Below, one piece after another: positions 1 to 17,512 of a stretch of DNA of 64,000 nt. Below the pieces are notes generated by a model. The model saw only the letters and a program-made list of their open reading frames with translations, ran no database searches and had not been told where the DNA came from. The first letter of the stretch is position 1, and every line of letters starts with the position of its first letter. The stretch lies in the NCBI RefSeq assembly GCF_009914755.1, contig NC_060932.1, one strand, 5' to 3'. Source of the DNA: the human T2T-CHM13v2.0 reference genome, Homo sapiens. The position numbers and the translations under genes are program-made.

Positions 1-324
1 ATATAAATGAAACCTCTCATATCTTTTTTTGTAAATAGTCTTAATAAGGGCTGGAATAAAGTAGTGTAATATTAGAAATTATATTGATAATTTAGGAGCC
101 TTTGACACACGATACCCAACCTAGAGTCCTGAGAAAACTTAATTGGAGGCCAGATACCTGAAAGCCTCCTGACTGCATTTGGAACACCCAGGCTGGGTGG
201 ATTTTACATCATAAAAACAAACAAAAAAAGAATAAAAATGAAACACCCATGCAAATTGGAGAAAACTGCCCATTTGCCAGCAATATGGGTATAATTTCAG
301 TAGAAAGAGGCATCCCCTACTCAC

Positions 325-336
325 TAGTGAATGCAT
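325..336 (-). CDS. ZNF705D: First coding exon (MHSL) of a ZNF705-family KRAB zinc-finger gene; the KRAB and finger exons lie left of the window
   Basis: Minus strand reads ...gagttcctgacaATGCATTCACTA|GTGAGT (donor at 324..319). MHSL is the recognised ZNF705 N-terminus. Polypyrimidine/AG acceptors would start the exon at 397 or 407. ZNF705 copies are known to sit beside DEFB108/DEFB130. Could be the ZNF705CP paralog. Confidence 0.75.
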
Positions 337-928
337 TGTCAGGAACTCAGTTTCTCTCTGTCTTCCTCTGGATTTCCACTTGCAGACACTTTAGGCACTA
401 AGAAAAGCTGAGGTTGGAGAAAGAACATGTGAGACACCAGTCTTGTGCACAATTTTCAGATCAACCTGTGATGAAAAGCCAGACTTTCACTGAAGTGTGA
501 CACCAGCTGCACCACAGTCTAACCAACAGACACAAACACGCAGAGGCCTCTCCTCTTTTCCCGTGGTCAAAATTAGGAAGCCTATGACTATGGTTGCTAA
601 TAAACAAGGAACACAGATATCTTGTGAATGAGAACATCAAAAGCACGGAGTTTTGTATGTTAATTGGCACAAGTCCAGATATTCAATTCCCTCACTGATT
701 TTAAAACACAGGGATCCCTGACTCCATCCACATGTGGAATATGATTTCCACCTATAGATAAACACTGGGATTTCTCAGATTTTATTATCCTAGCTTTATG
801 CCCTAGCAACGTTTCTCCAACACCCACCACAGCCTTCTGAAGCCTTACTCCACTTTTATTTTCACTCAACTCTGACTTTTGTATTTCCCCTTGGAACGTG
901 GAAATAATCAAGTAAGAATCTGTTTTAG

Positions 929-1218
929 GGTCGAGTGCGGTGGCTCACGCCTGTAATCCCAGCACTTTGGGAGGCCAAGGCAGGTGGATCACCTGAGGTC
1001 AAGGGTTCGAGACTAGCCTGGCCAACATGGTGAAACCCTATCTTTACTAAAAATACAAAAATTAACTGGGTATGGTGGTGCTTGCCTGTAATCCCAGCTA
1101 CTCAGGAAGCTGAAGCAGGAGAATCTCTTGAACCCAGGAGGCAGAGATTACAGTGAGCTGAGATCCCACCACTGCACTCCAGCGATGGCGACAGAGACTC
1201 TGTCTCAAAAAAAAAAAA
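929..1218 (+). mobile_element. AluS SINE
   Basis: Dimeric Alu with A-tail; TSD AATCTGTTTTAG at 917-928 and 1219-1230. Confidence 0.95.
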
Positions 1219-2770
1219 AATCTGTTTTAGGATGGGGATAATGAATTGAGGGATTTATTTCACTTAGAGGGTCAACACTCCCATCCTGCTAATCTAGCCC
1301 TTAAAATCTCCTGCATCGGAAATTAGCAGGAGTACCCTGAGTCATGGTGTTTCTGTCCTGTGTATACAGTCACAATCGTCTAGGATGCTCAGAAAATACA
1401 AAATGACATAGGGGTGGGAGAAATTTAGCAGCTCAATCTGATGTTTCACTAACGTGGTATCTAAAATTCTTGCAATCATGGTTTATATTAGTCTTTGTTA
1501 GCTGCAATATCTGTGATTATCATGATACATATTTGCTGAGAAATACCCATGTCCATGTATATATTCGTACATAGATATGTAGGTATATAGGTGCATATGT
1601 TTATATGAGTGTATGTGTTTGAGACGGGGGAAACATGCATGTATTATTTCCTTGCTAAAAATATAAAAATAATTAAATATATTTTATGTGCAAGTGATAA
1701 TTATGTGTCATAAACAAAAAATTTACTGACCCATTTGTACATGAAGTCCAGGAAAAATAAAAAGGGTAACTTTGTATTAATTGTGACATTGTGCTTACAG
1801 ATGTACATATATTTCCTTATTTAACCCTCATAATAATCCTGCTGATTATAATTTATTTACCAATTTAATAAATGATCAACAGGGTTTGAATAATATGACA
1901 AAATTACAAAATTAGAAAATGGCCCAGCAATACTTTTAATTATATTCTGCCTGTCACTGTCTCTTCTTGCTTTTTGACAAAATTACTCCCCTAACCAAGG
2001 TTCTCTATGATTCTGGGGACTCCAGCATTTAGACCCCAGTTCCCAAACATCATTGTGTCTATTTTTACTGCCACATTTAATGCACATTTACAGACTTCAA
2101 CAAGCACTTTTCAATATCAACTTTTTTCTTATTCCTTGGACTATTTTCTACATCTGTTCATCAAGACTCCAGTAACATATGACTCCATCTGCCTGTCCCT
2201 TCCATGAATGTACCTGACAGTACATGTATTATGTAGCCTACAATTCAAGCAGAACAGATATTCCTTCAAAAAAAATAAGATATTAGAGAATGCCGACAAA
2301 GCTTCAGTGTAACCAGCTGTAACCCTTAATATTATTACCATGTAAACTCTTCCTCGAATATCAAAATAAGATTTGGGCTTTAGAGAATATTTGTGTGTAA
2401 TTATAACCCAAACATGAACTAAAAGTAATTTAACTGGTCATATACAGACCGTGCCAGGGACAAAAAAGGACAAATATTATAAGAAAGTTAAAGCATACTT
2501 ATTTCATAAAGGACTCTTGTGTGGAATCTATCAAAACGATTTCAAGATGTAGAGATTAAATATATTTTAAACCACATACATACACAAGCAATCTTTAGGA
2601 GAAACTTTTAAAAACTTATGTTATAGGTCTAAAATTTTCATTAATTCATGGAAAAAAAATGTATTGACAAACTTTTCACCAGAGCAGAAATAACAACTTA
2701 TGTATTTGGTGACTTCAAGATGAGAGCCTGCACAGCTTAGTATCTCCCTCCAGTTGTCTCTCTCTCTCTC

Positions 2771-3069
2771 TTTTTTTTTTTTTTTTTTTGGTAGAGTTTC
2801 ACTCCTGTTGCCCAGGCTGGAGTGCAGTGGCGCGATGTCGGCTCACCGCAACCTCCACCTCCTGGGTTCAAGCAATTCTCCAGCCTCAGCCTCCTGAGTA
2901 GCTAGGATGACAAGCATGCGCCATCGTGCTCGGCTAATTTTGTATTTTTAGTCGAGACGGGGTTTCTCCATTTTGGTAGGGCTGGTCTAGAACTCCTGAC
3001 CTCAGGTGATCCGCCAGCCTCCGCCTCTCAAAGTGTTGGGATTACAGGCGTAAGCCACCGTGCCCGGCC
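2771..3069 (-). mobile_element. AluS SINE
   Basis: Poly-T followed by reverse-complement Alu ending ...gcccggcc. Confidence 0.95.
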
Positions 3070-3536
3070 CAGATCTCTTAAAAAGTCATGAGGAATGAGC
3101 CATTCTGCATCCTCAATATTACCTTAATATTTTAAGGGCACCCGTAAAAATTAAGAGGCCAACTTGTGACTTCTTAGCCCTTTCACGGCTATTTAGACAC
3201 ACGTTAGTGAAGTATTAGGAATGCAGTATTAGGTCTCAAGTTCCTGGACAACAAAACCATGTTCTCCAACAGATCTTCAGTAAAAATAGCTGATGTCTAT
3301 ATTGTTTTGCCTGTCCTTTCCCTTCCTTTTAATTCAGAACTGCAGTCTCGAAAAGTGCTATTATTTAGTAGATTCTCTCAATTCTCAACACCAGTGCTAT
3401 ACAATGTTGAATGACATCTGAGGTGCTAGGGAAACAGCAGCTCACATTCTAGCAATGAAAAAATAGAAAAGCAAAGATCACCACAGAGTAAAAGAGAATA
3501 GATTTTTTTAAAGTATGAAACCAGAACGAATATATA

Positions 3537-3636
3537 TCAGATTACACTATAAATGGAAAATCCTATTATCTTGATGGGATTGCAAGTCAGATTACACTAT
3601 AAATGGAAAATCCTATTATCTTGACAGGATTGCAAG
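3537..3636. repeat. 50-bp tandem duplication (2 copies)
   Basis: TCAGATTACACTATAAATGGAAAATCCTATTATCTTGA(TG/CA)GGATTGCAAG at 3537-3586 and 3587-3636, 2 mismatches. Confidence 0.95.
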
Positions 3637-4219
3637 CCTCTCATGGCTTCCAACCTCCAATATATTCAAAGCAGTTCAGGAATGGTGAAAGTGGAATGGA
3701 ATTTAAAATTATTCTAAGGTTTTATGTGTGAAAGCATCATGCCCTGAAACAAAATATTTATTTTTAAAGTGCATAATGAACACTGCATACAAAGTTTATG
3801 TAACAGGAGAGAGGAAATATCTCACATTTTAAAAAAAGGAATATGCAACATATTTACATACAATAAAATTAAATTAAATTAAAATACAGCAATGGAAGAC
3901 AGAATCTAACATCTGAAAATCAAGGGAGAAATCTATTTTAAATAAACTTGTCACAATTTTAAAAGTAAGTTATGAAAAATAATAATACCTGAATATAGTA
4001 CATAAAAGTACCAATACAATAAAGCTAAAACAATATCGATGGAAAAATTATTTGCTGTGCATTATTTTAAAAAAATAATCTAAGTACTTACCTCAATAAG
4101 GTAAAAGAATGAAATTTAAAAATTGCTTGAGAAAATCTGTGAAAGGAAATGAATATAGAGAAGCAGAATATAATTTAACTATAAACCACACAAATAGAAT
4201 TTAAAAATAAGTGGTAGCC

Positions 4220-4432
4220 AACATGCCCAACACGATTTTCTGTGATGAAAGAAATTCTCTATATCTGCATTGTCCAATGCAGTAACTACCACACATATGT
4301 AGTTACAGAATTTCTAGTTTGGCCAAGACTTTGGCTATTACTACTAAGGATATGTCATTTAGTTATTTAATTATAATTAATTTACAGTTTATAGTCACAT
4401 GTGACTAGTAGTTACTATATTGGCCAATGCAG
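4220..4432. mobile_element. MER3-like hAT DNA transposon relic
   Basis: ttttctgtgatgaaagaaattctctatatctgcattgtccaat ... gtgactagtagttactatattgg resembles MER3. Confidence 0.55.
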
Positions 4433-4611
4433 ATCTAGAATCTTGGAGGAGGCAGTTCAAATAATGAGATATGGTCAAAACAAAAGTGGAAAAGGCACAC
4501 AAATAGTGAACACAGATTATGAGAATGTGAAGTAACAATTCACACAATAAAATGTAATAATGAGATGCTGCCTTGATGGGACAAATGTCTAATGATATAC
4601 AAGGCTTGTCT

Positions 4612-5290
4612 TGTTACAGGTAGAAGAGCATGAGCAGGGCAGGAGAGGGCTCTTCCCCTACCCACTAGAAATGTCAGGTGATGGCCTGTCAATTATCACA
4701 TTGCCTCTCTAAAAATGATAATTAGGCAGCACCAAAGAGAGGCCATTTCCTGATGGTCTACACCTGTTAACATCAAAAATGTTAGTTAAATGCAGACCTC
4801 AGGAAGAAGCAACTTCTTGGGCATGCATGTTAAGAGACAAAAATGGCAAAGCATAATCTTCCGGGGGCACACTCCACCGGAAAAGGAAAGAAAGCTTCAG
4901 ATGGACATGCATATAACTCCCTAAACACACCGTGCATGCTCAATTTCAAAGGGTAAGGAAAGCACTGTGCAAGCCGGAAACGCTCCCTAAAGTTAGAATC
5001 ATGGGAAAGAGGAAAACCCATGGCAGGATCAAGGTTAAAGGCTCTTCTCTTTTCTTTCTTGGACATTCAGGCATCTGTTCGGGTCTCTTCCAAGAGAATT
5101 TTCCTCTCCTTCCTGTTCTAAAGCCTTTTTAAATAAACTTCCACTCCTGCTCTGAAACTTACCGCTCAGTCTCTTTTTCTGCTGTATGCCCTTCAGTCAA
5201 ATTATTTCTTCTGAGGAGGCAAGGACTGAAGTTGCTTATGGACCCATGCAGATACGCTGCCAGAAACTGGAATCTCTTCTACTGGTAGCA
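4612..5290 (+). mobile_element. ERV1 solo LTR (MER50-like)
   Basis: TGTTACAGGTAG...GGTAGCA termini (TG...CA); internal AATAAA near 5132; MER50-family motifs gcatgagcagggcaggagaggg and tctttcttctgaggaggcaag-like end. Confidence 0.75.
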
Positions 5291-5432
5291 GTACCATTGT
5301 AAGGGAATGAGGCCAGTTCACATCTCAGTCCTTGGAGAACTCACCAGAAATAAAAAGTTGGAGGATGCAGTGAACTTATCTACCTTCCAAGGCAAGTCCC
5401 ACAAGCAAGCAGCAAGACTCTCTTTCCCCAAG

Positions 5433-7480
<2,048 letters not shown>

Positions 7481-8988
7481 AAAGTCGGTGAAAAAAAAAC
7501 AAGAGGGGTTGGTTAAAAACCTTAAAAGGAGGGGTAGATGTTCCCTTGTTTTTCTCTCTTGGCTTTTTTCCTTCCTGCTGCCTGGAATTCAAAAATGGTA
7601 AGTGGGAATTTAGCAGCCAAACTAGAGCCTCTTCTAAAGTATAGCAGAACAGAGAGCTGGAAGGGGCCTGCATCCCTAATGAATTTGGCAAGTATCTGTA
7701 CTAGCCATGGTAGGTAGAACTATAGATTTAAGTGAGGGAGAAACAAACTTCTGCCTTGTTTAAGCCACTTTGTTCAGACATTAATTTTATATACATATAG
7801 AGAACATATGCTCCTTTATGCGTAGGAAAAATGTTTATGCCATATGGTCCATGATGGGTGTTCAACAATGTAGGATGAGGCTGATTATGATGACAATGGT
7901 GACAAATAGCATGAAATAATAAGCAATGAAAAAAAGGTGGCCTCATAGTTGTGTATGGTTACTTTATTTAAAGATTCTGCTGCTAATATCATTCAATGTA
8001 TTTGTATGCTGGTGGGAGTTTTATTAGATGTAGACTAAGAAAGTTTACATTACTTAATGAAAAATACTTGACCAATTTTTTTTAAAAAAATAAAAATATC
8101 ATGAGATGGAACTAAGCATCTGTATTGCAAAGTAACTCTCCCAGTTGATTTTCTGCATAGTAATGATTGAGAATCCCCTGATCTAGATCCAACAGATCTC
8201 GACCTTTATAGGTGCTATCAAGGAAGCACCTAAGGAAGACAATTTTCCTGACTATATCCATACCTCCAGTTAGTAATAGATCTAGAGATCTAGAACCCAA
8301 ATCCAGACCTCCTGCCTCCACGTGCGGTGGTCTTTCCCTGTTGTTTTGTTCCACTTGGTGAAGAGGATTTGAGAATAAATAGCCACATGATTCAACTCCC
8401 TCCTCAGTTCTGAGGAATATAGCCTTGTCCTAGCAAGCAAGAAGTTCATACAGCAGTGGATGAGACAAATATACATTCACTAATCTAACACACAAGGCAG
8501 TAAGTACTGTAACATAAACAAAGCACTTTGGAGTTTCAGACCAGGAGCAAGTGGGGTGATTAATTCTTAGCAGGGCTAGTAAAGTCTGGGAAGTGTTCAC
8601 TAAAAAAATGTCTGGTCATTAATGAAACCAACTGATTTCGCAACACAGTCTAATTTATTGTAACAATATAAATGGTTGTTTGTTCATAAACTTTCATCTT
8701 TTGCCAAAATGTTTGTAGCTTATGTCCCCATTTAACAAGGTTTTCTGGCCAAAACTGTGCACCCACATCATTCTAATGAACTGGCTGTCCAATAAAAAAA
8801 AGGACTCTCAGTCTTCCCATAAAAGCAATTTTGCGTGCATAGAACACCTCTATCTGTGACTATCCCTAATGAGGTACAGAAAGACCCTTCTTATCCAAAC
8901 AGAGACATTCCACTGGTGCTAGACAGCCACAGACGGAAGTTTTCTCTGCCTCCTGGAAATGAAGCCCAACTTTCTTCTTTCTTCAGCC

Positions 8989-9046
8989 GTGAGGATTGCT
9001 GTCCTCCTCTTCACCATTTTCTTCTTTATGAGCCAAGTTCTACCAG
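8989..9046 (+). pseudogene. DEFB108: Beta-defensin 108 paralog, exon 1 (signal peptide); canonical ATG replaced by GTG
   Basis: GTG AGG ATT GCT GTC CTC CTC TTC... = (M)RIAVLLFTIFFFMSQVLP; 58-nt phase-1 exon, donor G|GTAAC at 9047; matches the DEFB108B signal peptide. Confidence 0.93.
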
Positions 9047-10879
9047 GTAACAAAATAAACTTGGTAAGAGTAGAGTGCCTAACACCTTACAGGGATTCAA
9101 TACTCAAAGAGAAATCACCATCACCTGTGACCAGAAAAGGGGGTCTCATAGGAAATCTGGAAGACACATTGGCTGAGAGGCCTGCAGTCATCTAATTCGT
9201 TAATTCTCCATAGCAACTCAGTTAAATGAAGTCAATGGAGTTTCAAGTCTTTGAAACCCTCTTATTCCATCTCCATATTAGGCAAGTTTACCAGCAGTTA
9301 CTAGACCTCAAAAATTAAAAATCAGGCATTATTCTACTAAATTTTTGTCTCCAAAGCTCCTCTAGTTTCTTTCGGCAACAGTTAGTTATCCTAAGAACTG
9401 GCATAAGAGCTATGCCAAAGGTGTGGTAGGCTCAGAAAGAAGGGATTGGTGGAAGAAGTCTCTTTGAAAATATTATTATAATCTAAGAAATCTTTAACCT
9501 ATTGCTCCCCAATACTGTTGGTCCCTGGGGCTTGACTTTTCCCCTTAAGGCTCCATCTCCATCCCTGGCTTTCCCTCTTCCTTCTCAGCATCTAGTCTTG
9601 TAGAATTTAAACACAGGAACCAGGGATGACCCCACACCAGAGCATAGCCTACTGCATTCAGCATGCGAACATTAATCACAGGTATAAGGCCCCTTGCACA
9701 GACATGCTTTGGAGAAGTGTGTATAGGACTTCTTGGATTTGCCCAAGGTGGTTACCAGACACCCAAAGTAGATTCGAAAATTTTCTGGAACTCCTGAACA
9801 TGTGTATTCAAGGATGAATAAGCAACTTATTGCCTCTATTTTTGCTGTTTTATAGAGAAAAAAAATAAGGCCCTGGAAACTGAAGTGCTTTTCCCAACAG
9901 TGGGGTAAATGTCAGAGTCAACAATTTGTTTTAATATCCTGGCTTTCCCTATACATCCCACCCTAGAGTTCTGTTGTGCTGTTCCTTTGTTTGACTTTCT
10001 AAAGCCTGAAAAAAGGTGATACCATATCCAATCATATTAACTCGGTAGCACACAACATCCGGGACTGACATAAGATTATTATCCCTGTGGCATTACTGAA
10101 TTCCTGTCTCACTAGTACTTGCTAAATAGTCACCCTGGCTAAATACATGGGTTTGATTTTTTTTAATTAGTTAAAAATATTTTAAAATATGTGTCTTACA
10201 TATATAACCCCAGAAAATCAATTCTTTTAATCAAGGTTTAAAAATTCCAAATTTGGATAAACAAATTTTTTTGTTTGTTTGTTTTCACTGTCACTCAATA
10301 AAAATAGAAGCAACTAATTGGATAGACCAGCACAGGCGGAAGCACGACTCACAGTCAAAAATGGGATGCAACAAGACTGGAGAAGAAAACACAGGATGGT
10401 GCTAAAGAATGCAGCCTAATGAAAGGTGGCATCTCCTCTGGATGTCCTTAGGTAGACATTGAAGCAGAACTGCCAACTTTTTGTAGAAGGCTAGAGAGGA
10501 GAGGAGGACACAGAGAGAGGGCAAGAGTGGAAAACAGAATGAGGCTCAGAATACCAAGCCTTAGTGCTCTCCCTATCATCTGCCTCACTCGATCACTGGG
10601 TAATCTTGGGCAAGTTTCTTCCTTTCCATCAGCTTATTTCCTCATCTTTAAGGTAAGTGACTAGACAAGACATCCTATGTTCATTGTAACTCTATCTTTT
10701 GTTCCTGAAGCAAATGGCTGGAAAAGACGTAGTGTCCACAATATGCAATACACAAGGTTCACAAGCAAAGAACAAATGAAAACGAAAGATTTTTAAAATC
10801 CCTAATGTTATTTGAATTCTTGCAGATGAACTATGGTACATAATAATTTTAAAAAGCCTTTTGTAATTTCAATTTTTAA

Positions 10880-11445
10880 AAATAATTTCAACCTTTATTT
10901 TAGATTCAGGGAGTGCATGTGTGATTTGTTACATGGGTATATTGTGTGATATTGAGGTTTGGGGTATGAATAACTCTGTCACGCAGGTAGGGTGTACCCA
11001 AAGGGTACCTTTTCAGACTTTACTCCCTCTCCCTCCCCTCCTGGTAAGACCCAATCTCTCTTGTTCCCATTTTTATGTCCATGTGCACTCATTGCTCGGC
11101 TCCCACTTATAACTGAGAATATGTGGCATTTGGCTTCCTGTTCCTGAGCTAATTTGCTTAGAATAAAGTCCTCCAGCTGCATCCATGTTGCTGAAAAGGA
11201 CACAATTTGGTCCTTTTTATGGATGCATAGTATTCCGTGACATATATGTACTACATTTTCTTTATTCAATCCACTGTTGATGAACACCTAGTTTGATTCC
11301 ATACCTTCACTACTGTGAATACCACTGTGATGAACATACAAATTTAGGTCTTTTTACAAGACTGATTTACTTTCCTTTGGATATACACCCAGTAGTGAGA
11401 TTAGTGGGTCAAATGGTAGTTCTGTATTAAGTTTCTTGAAAAGTG
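10880..11445 (-). mobile_element. L1 3' end (L1PB-type) in the DEFB108 intron
   Basis: Reverse-complement L1 3'UTR and ORF2 C-terminus (ORF track 10979-11287 ...FSATWMQLEDFILSKL). Confidence 0.85.
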
Positions 11446-12725
11446 GTTTGAAAATATAATGCTCAATAGAATCAGGTATAGTAAAATAGTACACATGATT
11501 CAAAGACCTGTGAACCGAGAGTAACAACAAATTTCCACACAAACATATTGCAAGTTAGAAAATAGCTGTATTTTAATCAATTATTCCACAATCATTTACT
11601 GAATAGCTATTATAAGACAAGACTTTAATCAGATTCTGGAATATACATACAGAGGAGAATAAGATATGATTCCTGCCCTCAAGAAATTCATTATCAAGAA
11701 TTGAGGTCAGATGGGAAAACGCCACCCATAGTAGAATGCAAGAAGTACTACCACAGAGGGATGTCCAAGAGTGATTTATCACATATCACAAGACAGGTCA
11801 GTGGTTCATCCTCTACACTATACTAATCTCTTATGACTCTTCCAGCTGCAAAGGGCCAATTTTAGCACAAGGCCAGTGGGCTTGGGTACTACTATACTTA
11901 GTAGCTGACTACTTACAGATAAAAGGAAGAGATGGAAAGCTCAGGGATCAAAAAACTCAGATTTCAGCTTGTTTCTACCAAGTGGTCAACATTTAGAATT
12001 ACCATTGTCTTCAGAAAGGCATGACCTTTATTTCCCAATTTGCCTTATAGATATAAATATGATGTTGCATATATTTGGTCTTCACATCAATCCACTAACT
12101 GCTTTGTGACCATTGAAAAGTTAAATGGAATCTAATACATTTGGATTTCAGTTCAATTAAATAGGCATTTATTGAATGTTTATTAAAATTGCTGTACTGA
12201 TTGAAAGCTATTCTAGAATTGGCTTTTGTGTTCCAGAATAGAAAAAAAAAAAAGGTGCTGGTTTTTATACTTCTCTTATTGCCAAGAAGTTGTCATGGAA
12301 AAGGTGCTCTGTGTTACATACAAAGACTGCTCAGAATTAAAACACTTTTCAAACTAAATACCTCAGTGTGTGTGGCCTATCCCCAGAGCAGTGATATTTT
12401 CGGACATAAATGAAATACTATTCAATGTTTTCAACAAGTATAGTTTTTAAGCCTTTAAGAAGACCTTGAATGTTTCACTCTTAATATATGCAATGGTTTC
12501 TAAAGAAAAATTGCAACCTCAAAGACCAGTGCCAGAGATATAAGTAGTGTGTGAAGTCTCAGGGGGTAACAAGTACTGGCACAGATATATTTGTGTATTA
12601 AACACATAGGAATATTGTTCCCTTCAACAGGAAAAATATCCTCTCTAACAATTAAAGTATATTATCTTTTAGGTCTAAATTTCAGTTCTACTTTTGAAAG
12701 ATACATCTGTTATAATCTATCATAT

Positions 12726-12728
<3 letters not shown>

Positions 12729-12760
<32 letters not shown>
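12729..12760. repeat. (GT)n microsatellite
   Basis: About 16 GT units. Confidence 0.95.
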
Positions 12761-12762
<2 letters not shown>

Positions 12763-13172
12763 GAGTAAAAAGAGATGAGCCAAAAGAGATTTTCTTCTCT
12801 TTCACTCCAGGAAAATCCATAGTACAAGACATTATATTTTTTTGAAAGGCTGAAATCTCCCATCAGTGTTGGAAGATAATAAGGAAGAAATAAACTGAAA
12901 CTTGCATGCTCTAGAACTTGTAAAGGGGAGCGGGCTACTCACCTCCAGCCTTTTGTCATGTAGGTGCACCCAACATTCTCAGATTTTTCAAGAACACCAA
13001 AAAATCCAAATTTTTGTGTGACAGCAGATTTTTAAGTGTTTAAGAAATCAAATAACACACACACACACACAAATCCACACAAGATTATTTTCAGGCACTG
13101 CCCCCTACGTCCATGTAATTCAATACAAAGTAAAGACTGATGAATGCTTACAATAACCCTCTTCTGCTGTAG

Positions 13173-13336
13173 CCAGGGGCAAATTCAAGGAGATCTGTGA
13201 ACGTCCAAATGGCTCCTGTCAGGACTTTTGCCTCGAAACAGAAATCCATGTAGGGAGATGTTTAAATAGCCGACCCTGCTGCCTGCCTCTGGGGCATCAA
13301 CCAAGAATTGAGAGCACTACACACAAAAAGGACTGA
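13173..13336 (+). pseudogene. DEFB108: Beta-defensin 108 paralog, exon 2 (intact six-cysteine mature peptide)
   Basis: Acceptor cttctgctgtAG; reads (A)[53 protein letters not shown]; spliced length 73 aa counted from the GTG. Confidence 0.95.
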
Positions 13337-13457
13337 AGCCTGTTGTTTTCTGGAGGTTTTAGGTTCTCTTTTTTCTCTCTCCCTCTCCCTATCTCCCTGT
13401 CTCCCGTTCCCTCTCTCCATTTTTCTCACAGGGATTTTTATTGAATCCTCAAAAAAG

Positions 13458-13463
13458 AATAAA
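13458..13463 (+). terminator. Candidate poly(A) signal of the DEFB108 paralog
   Basis: AATAAA 122 nt after the stop codon. Confidence 0.5.
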
Positions 13464-13508
13464 CCAAAACCAACCAGCACAAAACCTCTTTTAAAAGTTT
13501 ATATTACT

Positions 13509-13851
<343 letters not shown>

Positions 13852-14296
13852 TTACTGTTTGGTTTCCAGTATCCTTCTATCCCATCTAGATGAGCTCTTA
13901 GTTGAAAATGACTTACAGGAGGGTGGGGGAACTTTCAACCATACCTATTGATTTGTCTAGCACTGTAACCCTTCACCCTGCATGTGGGAAGACCACTCCC
14001 ATTTTTTACAGGGAAAATGCGCCATCCTATTCCATGCAGCCTTGCAGGGGTCTGTCTCTCCCTGATAAAGGTGCACCACATATGAAAATTGCACAATCAC
14101 GTCAACCAGACTTCACCAGAAATCTAAATTATAAAAAGAGTTGCACTCAGAATAAAGGCAATTTCTTCAGCACCCTTTTCGGAGGCAAATCCCTGGGTCT
14201 GTACATGTATGCCTGGCCAAGATTCAGGGAATTCCTTCAGTTCCCAGCTTTCACTGGGCATAATCATTCAGCATTTTCTGCCATCTTTTAAAACAC

Positions 14297-14809
14297 TGTA
14301 TTGGCTTCCTATGGCTGCTATCACAAATTACAACAAACTTAGTGGCTTAAAGCAACACAAATGCATTATCTGACAGTTCTATAGGCTGCAGGTTTCAGAT
14401 GGATCTCTGTGGGCCAACATCAAGGTGTCAGCAGGGCTGAGCTTTCTTCTGGAAGCTCTGCAGTTTTCTTCCTGCACCTTTATCCCAGCAATGACAGGCT
14501 ACTCCTGGGAACCATAGCTTCCTTCATCCATTTTCAAAGCCAGCAATGGAGCATTGAGTCCTCACATTCCATCATTCTGAATTCATCTTCTCCCCACTCT
14601 TCCATTTTTTAGGACTCATGATTACGTTGGGCCCACCTGGATAATCTAAGATAATCTCCCTATTTTAAGGTCAGCTGATTAACAGCCTTAATTTCACATG
14701 AAACCTCAATTCCCCTTTGCCTTACAAGGTGGCACATTCACAGGACCCAGGAGTTAGGATGTGGATAGCTTTGGCAGGAGACAGAGGGGACATTATTCTG
14801 CCTACAACA
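14297..14809 (-). mobile_element. MaLR solo LTR (MLT1D-like)
   Basis: tgtattggcttcctatggctgctatcacaaattac...cattattctgcctacaaca, the reverse complement of an MLT1 LTR. Confidence 0.8.
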
Positions 14810-15302
14810 GCCACTGAGTGCTTTTACCACCTGTCACAATTTTGCTCCATTTAGACACAATTTTAGTGGCTTTGTGTGAAGAGATTCTCATTCATAGAGT
14901 TTTCTTTTTTGTGTAGAGTAGTGAGGGGCCTCCCCTTGGTCATTGAAAGAGTATAGAATCAAGATATTTAAAAGTATATTAGCTGGATTTTATTTTTCAC
15001 TATGACTGATTTGGCCAAGAAACAATGTTAAGTTATGTCACATGGACTACTCGAAATCTCAAAAAGTTCAAAACATTGGGTTCAAAATCTCAGAGACTGA
15101 GATATATTCCAACCAACTCAACCCTGTGGAAGTGCCAAGTTTTCCTCAGTGCCACTCTTGAAACCGCATCACCAACTGACCCTTTAATATATTTTTGCAC
15201 TATATAACATTTATTTCTTAGAGTAAGTGCTTCCCTAGAAAAGAAGCAGTTTGGACACGTATATTAAAGCCGTCACCTAGAATATTATCTTCTCATTGCT
15301 AG

Positions 15303-17510
<2,208 letters not shown>

Positions 17511-17512
17511 GC

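Noticed and set aside
139-324. 65-aa ORF beginning MHSLVSRG
   Set aside because: Only MHSL is exonic; the rest is read-through past a consensus GTGAGT donor.
8180-8296. Cluster of GATCTAGA/AGATCT palindromic words
   Set aside because: Short and irregular; compatible with chance or a micro-duplication.
9047-9195. Read-through part of the 78-aa ORF after DEFB108 exon 1
   Set aside because: The donor at 9047 is intact and exon 2 is in phase, so this is intronic sequence.
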